Source of the DNA: Fibrobacteria bacterium
Lineage (GTDB): Bacteria; Fibrobacterota; Fibrobacteria; UBA11236
Reading direction: 5' to 3'
DNA length: 64,000 nucleotides
NCBI GenBank assembly: GCA_043745805.1
Contig: JAYTSD010000004.1
Coordinates: 128,001 to 192,000 of the forward strand
A model generated the notes under the pieces. The model was not told the origin of the DNA. It made no database searches and saw only the letters and a list, made by a program, of their open reading frames with translations. Positions 1 through 10,261 of the stretch are shown in pieces; the stretch's first letter is position 1, and the number at the start of each line of letters is the position of its first letter. A program made the translations under genes and the position numbers.

Positions 1-2
1 GC

Positions 3-1175
3 GCCTTACAAGTTAAATCCCGCTGGATGGAACATTTATTTGCTATCCCCGTAAATCGCTCCCAAAATCCTTGGCACGTGGTCGATATTTTTCATTTGGC
101 CATCAAGCAAGCTTTGAATTTAAAAATCCAACATTCTCTGCAAAATGCTTTGCATTTTTTTAGGCCCATAGATTATTTTGTCGCTTTACCACAAAAGCCA
201 CCGTTTGAGTTACCTGCCTTATATACGGTACTCCATATAGGTGCAGCTTGGCCTGGCAAACGTTGGCCGCTTTCTCATTGGGCAGAATTAACTTATTTGT
301 TTTTGCAAGATCAGCAGAATTTAGTTTTTACCGGCACGCAAGAAGAGCTTAATCTTTTCGATGAATTAGTGCAATTAGTACAACCGATGAAAGGATTTTC
401 TTTTCAAAGAATTGTTAAGGCTATAGGAAAAACGTCTTGGAAGGAAAGCGCCTATATTCTTAAAAATGCGCAAAGAGTGATCACCGGTGATACAGCGGTT
501 ATGCATTTAGCAGCAGCATTTACTACACCATGCTTTTGCCTGTTTGGTTCGTCCAATCCAGTAGAAACTGGGCCATATGGCGAAGGCCATTTTATTCTGC
601 AAAATAATATTGAAATTCCCGAAAATTTACCTTGGGAAAAACCATCGCCGGATCTGGCCGCCATTAGTCCACAAGTCCTTGCCGATTTGATTTTAAAACG
701 ACGCATCCCCAAAAATATTTTTTATTGGGAAAGTAAATGGAACAAAGAAAATTTCACTTTAGAATTATATGATGCGCAAGAAAAACGTCATCCTTTTCAA
801 ATCCCAAATACGAGTTTTCAAAAAATAATGCAAAATCAATTTGTGAAATTATCCCATGCCTCCCTCTCCTCAGTAGGCTTAGCTAATAGACTGGAACAAG
901 CGAAACCGCAATCCCATTCCGAAAGATCTCACTTTGATCTTGCGCAAGCTCTATTGCGGCAATTAGAGATAGCCATAGCCAAACCCTTGCCGGAAGTTTT
1001 AGCCCTCTTAGAGGATTTGGAAAAAAAATGGGCCGAAGCCACTTATCAGGAATGCATTTGGGAAGCCTATCGCATCGCCTTAAATGGCATGCCGATGAAA
1101 AATTTACTGGATTATTTAAAAAGCCGACAACAGCGCTTTTTACAAGCCTTTGACGAAGCCCTACTATTATTTTAA
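3..1175 (+). CDS. Glycosyltransferase family 9 (heptosyltransferase-like) with C-terminal extension; 5'-truncated by the window edge
   Basis: Motifs HIGAAWPGKRWP, ITGDTAVMHLAAA and LFGSSNPVETGPYG. The frame is open from position 3 to the ATG at 27. Confidence 0.85.
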   Translation, partial: ALQVKSRWMEHLFAIPVNRSQNPWHVVDIFHLAIKQALNLKIQHSLQNALHFFRPIDYFVALPQKPPFELPALYTVLHIGAAWPGKRWPLSHWAELTYLFLQDQQNLVFTGTQEELNLFDELVQLVQPMKGFSFQRIVKAIGKTSWKESAYILKNAQRVITGDTAVMHLAAAFTTPCFCLFGSSNPVETGPYGEGHFILQNNIEIPENLPWEKPSPDLAAISPQVLADLILKRRIPKNIFYWESKWNKENFTLELYDAQEKRHPFQIPNTSFQKIMQNQFVKLSHASLSSVGLANRLEQAKPQSHSERSHFDLAQALLRQLEIAIAKPLPEVLALLEDLEKKWAEATYQECIWEAYRIALNGMPMKNLLDYLKSRQQRFLQAFDEALLLF

Positions 1176-1264
1176 TGCTCTGAATTAAAACGTTAATCGC
1201 TTTAAGATGACTCCATCCTAAAACTAAAGTAAAATTACCTTATTGGAAATTAGGAAGGACTCTC

Positions 1265-2368
1265 ATGTTTAGTAATGGCTGGAAAACCATTACCTTGTAC
1301 TTACTGCTTTTAGTAGCCGCAATACTGCTTTGCCATTTTTCCCAACCCACCCATTTTATTTTAGCCTATAGTTTAATTTTATTGCTCTGCGTCTTAGTGA
1401 TTGTTTTACATCGCATGGCCAGCCAGTTTTTAGAAAATTATCAAACCGCTTCGCTCAACAAAAAACGCTTAGAAACCAAAGCATGGTATTTTGAATCGGT
1501 TATCGCCAATTCTGGTAACATTATTTTCACCACCGATATAGATCATCGCATTCTCAAATTCAATCGGGGATCCGAAAAAACTTTTTTGCAATTGCAAACC
1601 GAAGCCTTAGGCAAAGAGGTATTCACCTTATTTGAAAAACCCGATGAAATAAAATCTTTATTAGAAAAAGTCGAAAAAGAAGGCTTTGCCGAAATTCCAG
1701 AATTACAGATCACTCGTCCTGGCAGTGAAAAGATTTGGATCTCGGTGAGCATTTCGCGTATGTATAATCGTGAACAACAAATTATGGGTGAAGTTTTTAA
1801 TTGCGCCAATATTACCCAACGCAAATTATTAGAAGAACAATTGCAAATAAAAAATGATCAACTACTACACTTGTCTATTACCGATGGTTTAACGGGTTTA
1901 TTTAATATTCGCCATTTGCATCAAGAATTAGAAAAGCTGACGAAGACTTTAAAACGTTTTCCCGATCGCAAACTTTCGCTAGCTTTAATCGACGTCGATC
2001 ATTTTAAAGATTATAATGACAGCAAAGGCCATCAAGCGGGTGATTTATTATTGATTCAACTTAGTAATATTTTTACTACTACTTTACGCCTAGATTTAGA
2101 TTCGGCTTATCGCTATGGTGGAGATGAATTTGTACTACTCCTGCCCGACACCAATGCCGAAGGCGCGCAAGTCATTTGTGAAAGAATTTTATCCGTCTAT
2201 CGCAAAGAGCAAAATGCGCCTACGTCTTTATCTATAGGGATTGCACAGTTCTCGGAAGTGGAAATAAGCAAGGACAATGGGAAAATGGTGAAGGATTTTA
2301 TTGAGCAGGCGGATGCCGCGATGTATAAGATTAAATGTGCAGGCGGAGATGGGGTGCGGGTGGTTTAG
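1265..2368 (+). CDS. Membrane-anchored PAS-GGDEF diguanylate cyclase
   Basis: Two N-terminal hydrophobic helices, a PAS-like region, and the motifs TDGLTGLFN, DVDHFKDYND and YRYGGDEF. Confidence 0.92.
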   Translation: MFSNGWKTITLYLLLLVAAILLCHFSQPTHFILAYSLILLLCVLVIVLHRMASQFLENYQTASLNKKRLETKAWYFESVIANSGNIIFTTDIDHRILKFNRGSEKTFLQLQTEALGKEVFTLFEKPDEIKSLLEKVEKEGFAEIPELQITRPGSEKIWISVSISRMYNREQQIMGEVFNCANITQRKLLEEQLQIKNDQLLHLSITDGLTGLFNIRHLHQELEKLTKTLKRFPDRKLSLALIDVDHFKDYNDSKGHQAGDLLLIQLSNIFTTTLRLDLDSAYRYGGDEFVLLLPDTNAEGAQVICERILSVYRKEQNAPTSLSIGIAQFSEVEISKDNGKMVKDFIEQADAAMYKIKCAGGDGVRVV

Positions 2369-2398
2369 CGAAATCTCGCTTCTTTCCTCTGCGCAAAT

Positions 2399-3547
2399 TC
2401 AATTCAATCGCTTACGCCTATTCTTAGTATAATCCACAAAAATCGATTCGCCCAATTTATCCAACCCCGTAAAAAAAGCTTGGCCTGCGCAGAGCTTGCT
2501 AAACTCCTCCACAAATTCAATTAGATAAGCATCCTGCGCCACCATAAAGGTACAGACACGAATGTTTTGCTTGCGGCAATTACGCGCCTCCGCATAAGTT
2601 TTGGAAAGCACAAGCGGATCTAAGCCAAAAGAATTTTTATACAAGCGACCGCGATCAAAGACCGCAGAGGGTTTCCCATCAGTGACCATAAAAATTTGCT
2701 TATTCCCATTGGGGCGGCGACGTAACAATTGTTGAGCTAAACGCAAACCATCGCAAGTATTGGTATGAAAAGGCCCTACCGCAACATGCGCGATACTGTC
2801 CGCAGGAATCACTTTTGCTTCGTCCCCAAAAGTAATAACATCAATACTGTCTTGCGGATAATGGCGACGAACATGCTCCACCAATGCAATGGCAGTCATC
2901 TTGGCAGGAGTAATGCGGTCTTCGCCATATAAAATCATACTATGGCTAATATCTAACATTAAAACCGTAGAACAATTGGAAAGATTTTCTCTTTCATACA
3001 CTTCAAAATCTTCATCACGTAAAGGATCTTCTTCGCGATAAATTCCAAAACTCTCCGCTTCTTCGGCAGCACCAAAAGTATTTTCAACATTGGGAATAGT
3101 GCGCTTGAAATAATTTTCATAGCTGGTTTTAAAATCCACATCGCCGGCCGCATCGCCAAAGCGATAGGGACGAGTTTCCGCTTGTCGCTCTCCCCCATTA
3201 CCAAGTTTCCCGGTATTGTGGCCGCCTTTAAAACCTTGTCTTAAGCCTTTAAACAAATGATCGTAAACCGAATTGCGCAACAAAGTATTGCCCTTAGGCG
3301 TAAGATTTGCACCGTCTAAATCGCGTTTTAAAATACCTTTTTCTTCTAGCTCTTGAAGTATATCCTCAAAGGTGCGGTCGCGATTAGTAATGCCGTATTG
3401 CTCTGCGATGCGACGCAGCCATTCCAAAGCTTGCTCGGCATTTCCATTACTACGCAAATAAAGTTGCATGAAAAGATCGGCAACATCTATCGGTTCCCCT
3501 TGCAAAGGCATCGGTAAATCTTGCTGTTCTGAATAACGAATCTCCAT
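2399..3547 (-). CDS. VWA domain protein, partner of the adjacent AAA+ ATPase
   Basis: MIDAS motif DISHS, plus HTNT and MVTDGKPS. Starts 1 bp after the ATPase stop codon. Confidence 0.85.
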   Translation of the reverse strand: MEIRYSEQQDLPMPLQGEPIDVADLFMQLYLRSNGNAEQALEWLRRIAEQYGITNRDRTFEDILQELEEKGILKRDLDGANLTPKGNTLLRNSVYDHLFKGLRQGFKGGHNTGKLGNGGERQAETRPYRFGDAAGDVDFKTSYENYFKRTIPNVENTFGAAEEAESFGIYREEDPLRDEDFEVYERENLSNCSTVLMLDISHSMILYGEDRITPAKMTAIALVEHVRRHYPQDSIDVITFGDEAKVIPADSIAHVAVGPFHTNTCDGLRLAQQLLRRRPNGNKQIFMVTDGKPSAVFDRGRLYKNSFGLDPLVLSKTYAEARNCRKQNIRVCTFMVAQDAYLIEFVEEFSKLCAGQAFFTGLDKLGESIFVDYTKNRRKRLN

Positions 3548-3548
3548 G

Positions 3549-5063
3549 TTACCCTCGCATAATATCCATCATCATGTCGCGATAAACAAAACCTTCGGTT
3601 AAGTTTTCCTTACTTAAACGCGCATGTGAAGACAAGCCTTCTAAGAGAAATTCTCGCAATACCTGGCGCGGACCGAGGGTATCCAGCGCGATACCTGGCA
3701 AAATAGCTTTCGCTAAAGTGTCATCTAATCCACTGACTTCTTGAATGGCTGTGGCATAGGCATTTTCCTGCAAAGTGTCGCTCATGGTTAAGCTATTGCC
3801 TTTAGCAAACCAAGACAGTACCGCATAATAAGGATTTTCTTCGGGAGATTTTTCCTTCTTATTATAGGGATCGCGGAAGTAATTATGAAACACGGTTTTA
3901 ACCGCTCGCGCAATTAAGGCACGTGCAATATTCGCAGGGCCTTCTTGCTCCCCCGCATACACCAATTCTAATTTTCCGGTTAATGCCGGCACTACACTTT
4001 CTAAATCCATAAAGCGGGCAGTAGCTTTCTTTTCATTATTTTTCCGCGCCCGTAATTCCACTGAACTCGCTAATAATTCATAGGCGGCAATGGATAACCT
4101 CGCGGATACCCCAGATTTTTGATCCACATAATCTTTGTCTGCACGCGCTTCAAAAGCAATTTGCTCGGCTACTTGTTGAATCAGTTTAGGAATTTCAATC
4201 ACCAATCCCTCAGGATTTAAATTGACCGCTGCTTCTTGTTGCGTAATTTCCATCGCCGTTTCTACATTTTTAGGATAATGCGTAATGATTTGTGAATCAA
4301 TACGATCTTTAAGTGGAGTGATAATATTACCCCGATTCGTATAGTCTTCAGGATTAGCGGAAAAGGCCATCATCAAATCCAAAGGAAAACGCAAACGAAA
4401 GCCGCGAATTTGAATATCACGCTCTTCCATAATATTAAGCAATGCCACTTGTATACGCGCCTGCAAATCAGGCAATTCATTGATCACAAAAATTCCACGA
4501 TTGGTGCGCGGAATAATTCCAAATTGAATAATGCCTTCATGTCCATAAGTCAATTTATGCTGAATCGCTTTAACCGGATCAATATCTCCAATCAAATCTC
4601 CAATAGAGACATCAGGGGTTGCCAGTTTTTCCCCATAACGTTTATCGCGCCCAATCCATTCAATAGGGGTCTCGTCACCATGGGATGCGATTTGATCGCG
4701 ACCAAATTTTGAAATAGGCGCTAAAGGATCATCATTGACTTCGCTGCCTGCAATAATGGGGATTTGTTCATCTAAAAAATCCACCAGCTGACGTAACAAG
4801 CGTGTTTTCCCTTGTCCGCGTAAACCTAATAATAAAATATCATGCTGCGCCAATAGGGCATGCTGTAATTGTTTTTTAACCGTGTCTTGATAACCTAAGA
4901 GGCCTGGTAATAAAGGCTGCCCACTTTTTAATTTCTCAATCAAATTGTCACGCATTTCTTGCTTCACTGTTTTGGAACGGTAACCGCTGCGTTTCAATGC
5001 GCCTAAAGTTTGCTGGCTGGCAATTAATGCGCTAGTGGATTTGGTATTAACCATAGATGCCAT
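3549..5063 (-). CDS. AAA+ ATPase, magnesium chelatase/MoxR-like
   Basis: Walker A GLRGQGKT, variant Walker B IFVINELPDL, and SANPEDYTNRGNIITPLKDR. Confidence 0.85.
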   Translation of the reverse strand: MASMVNTKSTSALIASQQTLGALKRSGYRSKTVKQEMRDNLIEKLKSGQPLLPGLLGYQDTVKKQLQHALLAQHDILLLGLRGQGKTRLLRQLVDFLDEQIPIIAGSEVNDDPLAPISKFGRDQIASHGDETPIEWIGRDKRYGEKLATPDVSIGDLIGDIDPVKAIQHKLTYGHEGIIQFGIIPRTNRGIFVINELPDLQARIQVALLNIMEERDIQIRGFRLRFPLDLMMAFSANPEDYTNRGNIITPLKDRIDSQIITHYPKNVETAMEITQQEAAVNLNPEGLVIEIPKLIQQVAEQIAFEARADKDYVDQKSGVSARLSIAAYELLASSVELRARKNNEKKATARFMDLESVVPALTGKLELVYAGEQEGPANIARALIARAVKTVFHNYFRDPYNKKEKSPEENPYYAVLSWFAKGNSLTMSDTLQENAYATAIQEVSGLDDTLAKAILPGIALDTLGPRQVLREFLLEGLSSHARLSKENLTEGFVYRDMMMDIMRG

Positions 5064-5068
5064 AAAGA

Positions 5069-6052
5069 TTAACTCCTCTCGGAATGCGCTCTATACGCCT
5101 TCCATGTGGTGGATAGTAAAGTATGCACATCACTATATTGTGCCTTCCAACCTAACAATTCATGGGCTAAAGCGGAAGTGGCCACGGTTTTAGCGGTATC
5201 GCCAGGTCGCCGCCCCACCATTTCATAGGAAATTTTTCTTCCACTAATTTCTTCCGCGCATTTCACCATTTCTAAAACGCTTAAGCCATTTTCCGAACCT
5301 AAATTCACGGTTATACTTTTTCCCGACTTCACTATGGCTTCTAAGGCTAATTTATGCGCGGAAGCCAAGTCATTCACATGCACATAGTCGCGAACGCCGG
5401 TACCATCGGGTGTAGCATAGTCATTACCAAATATTTGCAATTTAGCGCGCGTGCCCATTGCCGCTTCCATAATCACCGGAACTAAATTAGCTGGGTTTTG
5501 TTCCAATCCACAAAGCTCACCTTCCACATCATATCCTGCCGCATTAAAATAACGCAGAGCCGCAAATTTTAAGCCTTTTAATTTATCATACCATTGCAAA
5601 AAATGTTCAATCGCCAACTTGGTATAGCCATAATAATTATCTGGATTTTGCGGATGTTTTTCATCGATAGGCAAATAGGTTGGCTCGCCGTAAACTGCTG
5701 CCGAAGACGAAAACACAAAATTTTTGATGCCATTTTCAATGGCGGCATGAATAAGATTTAAAGATCCAGAAATATTATTATTAGAATATTTTTCCGGCAC
5801 TAACATGGATTCACCCGCGGCCTTAAAAGCGGCCAAGTGAATTAAAGCGTCAAAGCGAAATTCTTTACAAACGCACTGCAAGGCCAAAGGATCCAAAATA
5901 TCTCCATGACGGAAAATGGATCTGGGTAAAATATTTTGCCGTAAGCCACTGGAAAGATTATCAAATATCACTACTTCATAATTACTCGCTAATAATGTTT
6001 TGCAAACATGAGAACCAATATATCCGGCTCCGCCTACAACTAAAACTTTCAC
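5069..6052 (-). CDS. galE: UDP-glucose 4-epimerase
   Basis: GGAGYIGSH, YGYTK, LRYFNAAG and DGTGVRDYVHV. GTG start with an AAGGAG SD. Confidence 0.95.
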   Translation of the reverse strand: MKVLVVGGAGYIGSHVCKTLLASNYEVVIFDNLSSGLRQNILPRSIFRHGDILDPLALQCVCKEFRFDALIHLAAFKAAGESMLVPEKYSNNNISGSLNLIHAAIENGIKNFVFSSSAAVYGEPTYLPIDEKHPQNPDNYYGYTKLAIEHFLQWYDKLKGLKFAALRYFNAAGYDVEGELCGLEQNPANLVPVIMEAAMGTRAKLQIFGNDYATPDGTGVRDYVHVNDLASAHKLALEAIVKSGKSITVNLGSENGLSVLEMVKCAEEISGRKISYEMVGRRPGDTAKTVATSALAHELLGWKAQYSDVHTLLSTTWKAYRAHSERS

Positions 6053-6161
6053 AAAAGCTCCTTATAAATCATTGAAGGGATAAATTAGCAAATGTTAATC
6101 CTTGGAAGTTAAGCAACAGACTTTGAAATTAAAGTCCCTGATTTTTTTGGGGGGCTACGGC

Positions 6162-7907
6162 CTACCTTTTGATTGCGAAAATACTAATATCGTCCATATT
6201 TTGCCGGCCTTCAGAAAATCTGTCTCGATCTTCTTGCACCCGGATAATGGTGGATTCCGAGCCCTGTGCCGCATATTTTAAAATCACTGCATCTAATCGC
6301 TTGCGGCCATAGAGCTCTTCTTTGGAGTTGAAACTTTCGTTCACACCGTCGGTATACACAAATAATAAATCGCCAGGGTGAATGACAGTATTTTGCGTAG
6401 CGTATTGATTGTCTTCAAACATACCTAAGAAAAATCCACTGCGCATTTGTAAATGCTCTAAGGACTTTGTAGCACTCCGATAAATAACCGGATAAGGATG
6501 ACAGACTCGGCAATAGCTTAAATTACCCGTACTTTGTTCTAAGATCCCTGCAAAGGCCGTTAAATAATGATCGGTTTTAACCGCTGCGCATAAATCACGA
6601 TTCACTCGCGTTAATATTTCCGAAACACTTAAGCCTAATTTTACATGTCTATCAAAAGCCATTTTTGCCATGGCTGTCACCAAAGCCGCAGGAACTCCAT
6701 GTCCAGAAACATCGGTCATAAGCATGAAAATATGATCTTCATCGAGTTGAATGAAATCATAAAAATCGCCACTTACCTTACCCGTCGGTACATAAGCCGC
6801 TGCGATTTCGTATCCGGGTAATTGCGGTAAATTTTTAGGTAACATTCCTTGTTGCACTTGCTTGGCCATGTCCAATTCAATTTCGGTTTCATGTGAAGCT
6901 TGCTCTAGATTTTGTTTTACTCTTTCTAATTCTTGATATTGAATAGAAAGCTGTTCCGTGCGTTCATGCACTTTATGTTCCAGCTCTTGCGCCGCTGCAA
7001 CTAATTTTTTTTCCATTTCTTTAAACTGACTCACATCGGTTACAAACCAAACACGACCTATGATGCGGCTATGTTCGTCTACAATGGGTCGCGTGTAAAT
7101 TTGAAAGGTTGCAGGATAAGGCAAAACCATATCAAAGATTTTTTCCATATGTGCTTGCGGCTCTTTATGCAAAGTGGAATAAAAATCCATAAACTCTTGC
7201 GGTTGCTTAAAATGATATTGTAATAGATCCGCTGCAATCTCAAATTGCATTCCATTAAATTGTCGCCAATTCAAACCAAATAATTTTCCAAAACGACTAT
7301 TAGTAGAACTAATCACGGCGGCTTCATCTACTAAAGAAATTCCATCTTTGGAGGAGCCAATAATCGCCTTCACACGACTTTCAGAAATACGTAATTCGGT
7401 AATTTCTTGAATGGAAATGATGCGAATACTATTTAAAAGAATACTACGAAAATGGTAATAATGCTTTTCGCCTCCATTGGGCATGGGAATTTCTTTTTCC
7501 CATTCGCTTTCTTTGCCTTCCGGTTCGAGATAATATTCAATGTCTCCAAAAATAGGTCGCCCGCTTTGCGAATGCATGCCTACTTCTTTAATCAATCGTC
7601 CCAAGGCTTTATCATTACCAATGCCTAAAATACCCAAAGCAAATTCATTGATTTTCACCACGCGCAATTCTTTATCAATCTGGATAATACCGGTTTGGCG
7701 CTCCAAGAAATCGTCCTGTTTAGCTGATTCGCTAAGTATACTTTTGGTATTTTGTAGCTCTTGTTGAAAACGCGTGATTTGTCGCATTAAGCTGGGGATT
7801 TCTACCTCATCTTTATATTTCAAGATATGCTGCAGCTGAATAGCCTGCTGCTTCAGTTTGTATGCCTCAGGGCCAATATCGTCATTTGAATTTAATTGTA
7901 AATCCAC
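6162..7907 (-). CDS. PAS-domain PP2C/SpoIIE (RsbU-like) phosphatase
   Basis: SGDFYDF, DVSGHG, YTDGV and DDIS metal-binding motifs, preceded by two PAS-like segments and a coiled coil. Confidence 0.9.
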   Translation of the reverse strand: MDLQLNSNDDIGPEAYKLKQQAIQLQHILKYKDEVEIPSLMRQITRFQQELQNTKSILSESAKQDDFLERQTGIIQIDKELRVVKINEFALGILGIGNDKALGRLIKEVGMHSQSGRPIFGDIEYYLEPEGKESEWEKEIPMPNGGEKHYYHFRSILLNSIRIISIQEITELRISESRVKAIIGSSKDGISLVDEAAVISSTNSRFGKLFGLNWRQFNGMQFEIAADLLQYHFKQPQEFMDFYSTLHKEPQAHMEKIFDMVLPYPATFQIYTRPIVDEHSRIIGRVWFVTDVSQFKEMEKKLVAAAQELEHKVHERTEQLSIQYQELERVKQNLEQASHETEIELDMAKQVQQGMLPKNLPQLPGYEIAAAYVPTGKVSGDFYDFIQLDEDHIFMLMTDVSGHGVPAALVTAMAKMAFDRHVKLGLSVSEILTRVNRDLCAAVKTDHYLTAFAGILEQSTGNLSYCRVCHPYPVIYRSATKSLEHLQMRSGFFLGMFEDNQYATQNTVIHPGDLLFVYTDGVNESFNSKEELYGRKRLDAVILKYAAQGSESTIIRVQEDRDRFSEGRQNMDDISIFAIKR

Positions 7908-8212
7908 TAAATACTACCCATAGAAAAGAATGAAAAGGAAATTATGAGGCTAAGTTTACCATTATTCACAGGACAAATTGGATAGTCTTTGTAAAAATTG
8001 GCCTGACTTCTATCCATTTTTTGAGTCCTGATGTTTAATGCCTTTGGAATCGTGTCTCGGAATAGTGTCCCCTTGAAAGGCTTCTTCAAGTTCTTGATTA
8101 ATAATTATACAATATAATTTTGCCAGACCTTAATCTACATTTACCGAGAAATAGAATAGACTGGTCAAAAGTGTGGTCAGGCTTGTATTTTATTAGAAAA
8201 GGAGATTCACTT

Positions 8213-8773
8213 ATGTTCAAGAGTTTTAACCGTCTAGCTGTTTTAGTTTTCTGCGGAATGGTTTTTGTGAAGGCCGAAAATCAACCGGCCATGCAAGGAC
8301 CAATAGCCCCCGAGCCCCCACCATCTTATGAATTAGATAAAAAAACCGGCAAGCGTGCCCATATCGATTTCAATTTAATGGTCAAGCCTCTTTCCGATGC
8401 GAATATGAAGTTCAGCAGCTTCGGTTCTCGTAAACTGATGTTATTTTATTTTTCGGCCAAATGCCCGCATTGCCAACATGCCTTTCCTTATGTGCAAAAA
8501 TTAGCAGATGAATTAGCACCCAAAGGCGTAACAAGCATTGCCTGCGCCATTAAAATGAATACTGAAGATGAAGTGCGCGAATTTGTGCGTGACTTCAAAT
8601 GTAAAATGCCGATGTTCTATGATGATCAAAGAACACTCGGTGAAAATTATGGAACAGGATCCATTCCTTTAATCTTAGTGATCAATGAAAAAGGCGAGTA
8701 TATCCGCTATAAATCTTTCGAACCTCTTGAAACACCCAAGTGGATTAAAAGCGAATTCGAATTACTCAAATAA
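8213..8773 (+). CDS. Exported thioredoxin-like (TlpA/DsbA-type) protein
   Basis: CPHC active site, cis-Pro motif SIP, and a signal peptide. Start moved to the ATG at 8213, which follows an AAGGAG SD. Confidence 0.85.
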   Translation: MFKSFNRLAVLVFCGMVFVKAENQPAMQGPIAPEPPPSYELDKKTGKRAHIDFNLMVKPLSDANMKFSSFGSRKLMLFYFSAKCPHCQHAFPYVQKLADELAPKGVTSIACAIKMNTEDEVREFVRDFKCKMPMFYDDQRTLGENYGTGSIPLILVINEKGEYIRYKSFEPLETPKWIKSEFELLK

Positions 8774-8825
8774 TATTTCGAGGCCATGCCATGTTTTTTA
8801 TAAGCATTAACCATGGTCTTTTTTT

Positions 8826-9842
8826 ATGCCTATAATTAATTCTTCCTTTACCTCGCAATTACGTGGCTTACCCAAATCTTTATCGCTCATTGATTTTCTT
8901 TCACAACGATTCTTTTATCATACTAGAGAAGAATGGAAAGCGCTAATTCATAAAGGACGATTAAGTCTTGATGATCAACTTGCAAGCGCGGAAGATATTC
9001 TCAAAAATGGACAAAGCCTGCGTTTTCAAGTCGTCGATTATTTTGAACCCGATTTACCTTGTGATTTTAAAATCGTCACGCAAAACCAGCATTTAATGTT
9101 GGTACATAAACCTGCGGGTTTACCAGTGCATCGAACCGGAAAAATTTTCTTTCAAACGCTGGCGAATTTAATTCGTGAACATTTAAAGGATCAAGAATGG
9201 TCGCCTCTAAATCGCTTAGATCGCGATACCTCGGGACTTGTCGCCTTTGCTAAAGGTAAAGCGGCGGCATCATTGTATTCACCGCAAAATGTGGAAACTC
9301 ATTGGAGTAAAATTTATGTGGCCGTGATACGAGGAGATTTACCCAAAGGGTTGCAAAGTACTAGCTTGCCTTTAAAGGAAAATGTTAAAGCAGCGATTCG
9401 CAGTAAAATGGAAGTAGATGAAGAGGGGAAAGTTTCTCATACTTTGTGGCAAAAAATCGCTTCCGAAAATGGTTATAGTTTAGTAGTACTCTCTCCACTA
9501 ACTGGCCGCAAACATCAGCTGCGAGCACATTTGGCAGCATTAGGATATCCGATGGTAGGCGATAAAATGTATGCCCATGATGGCATCTATTATCTCAAGC
9601 AATTAAATGCCGAATTAAGTGCCGAGGATTTTTCGGTACTAGGCGCGCATCGCCATTTACTGCATTCTTGTTTTTTGAATATCTCGCTAGGAAAACATTC
9701 GATGTGCCAGGCTTGGGATTGGGATTGGCCCGAGGAATTTACCCACTACTTTGAGTTTTCCACTTGGCAAAATTGGATGACTTCCGCTGCCGGAGACACT
9801 TTTAAAGCACAGGTTTGGGAAGCGCGGAATATAAATCCTTAA
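8826..9842 (+). CDS. RluA/RluD-family pseudouridine synthase
   Basis: HKPAGLPVH, NRLDRDTSG, TGRKHQLRAH and GDKMY; S4-like N-terminus. Confidence 0.93.
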   Translation: MPIINSSFTSQLRGLPKSLSLIDFLSQRFFYHTREEWKALIHKGRLSLDDQLASAEDILKNGQSLRFQVVDYFEPDLPCDFKIVTQNQHLMLVHKPAGLPVHRTGKIFFQTLANLIREHLKDQEWSPLNRLDRDTSGLVAFAKGKAAASLYSPQNVETHWSKIYVAVIRGDLPKGLQSTSLPLKENVKAAIRSKMEVDEEGKVSHTLWQKIASENGYSLVVLSPLTGRKHQLRAHLAALGYPMVGDKMYAHDGIYYLKQLNAELSAEDFSVLGAHRHLLHSCFLNISLGKHSMCQAWDWDWPEEFTHYFEFSTWQNWMTSAAGDTFKAQVWEARNINP

Positions 9843-10113
9843 CTTTCGCTTCAATCGCATCAATATCTTGGGCCTCCACTTTTTGTAACCAAACGCGCTG
9901 CGGATAAATCATCACATTCGGACCTTGCGCACAAGGGCCAATACAGGCGGTGCGACTAATACGCACAGGTAACTTGGCCTTTTTAAAACGCTCTTTGAGT
10001 TGCACGGCCAAATCCGCATTCACCGACGTGTCTCCACAGCTTTGACTACCATCTTCACGGGTATTGGTGCAAAAAAATAAATGAATTTCATGAGGAGTAA
10101 TATCTATATGCAT
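9802..10113 (-). CDS. Thioredoxin-like [2Fe-2S] ferredoxin
   Basis: Four cysteines in CTN...SC and CIGPC, followed by GPNVMIYP. Confidence 0.88.
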   Translation of the reverse strand: MHIDITPHEIHLFFCTNTREDGSQSCGDTSVNADLAVQLKERFKKAKLPVRISRTACIGPCAQGPNVMIYPQRVWLQKVEAQDIDAIEAKVKDLYSALPKPVL

Positions 10114-10261
10114 GAAATAAAGGTAAGAATAAAAAACCCAAACCTTCTATTTCAATTATTCAGACTATCCTTCAATCCTTCCTTTAACCTTCCTCGACTT
10201 TCCAATGATTTTGTTTCGACTTTATTCTTACAATAAGCTAGGGAGTTTTTAACTTGCAAGC

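Noticed and set aside
2085-2135. Shifted I-site (RxxxD) in the GGDEF protein
   Set aside because: I-site variation is common; the catalytic GGDEF is intact.
7907-8089. 60-aa ORF abutting the PP2C gene
   Set aside because: TTG start, no motif, and it lies in a divergent promoter region; probably spurious.
9802-9842. Convergent 3' overlaps (RluA/ferredoxin 41 bp; also 57134-57153)
   Set aside because: Short tail-to-tail overlaps are common in compact genomes.
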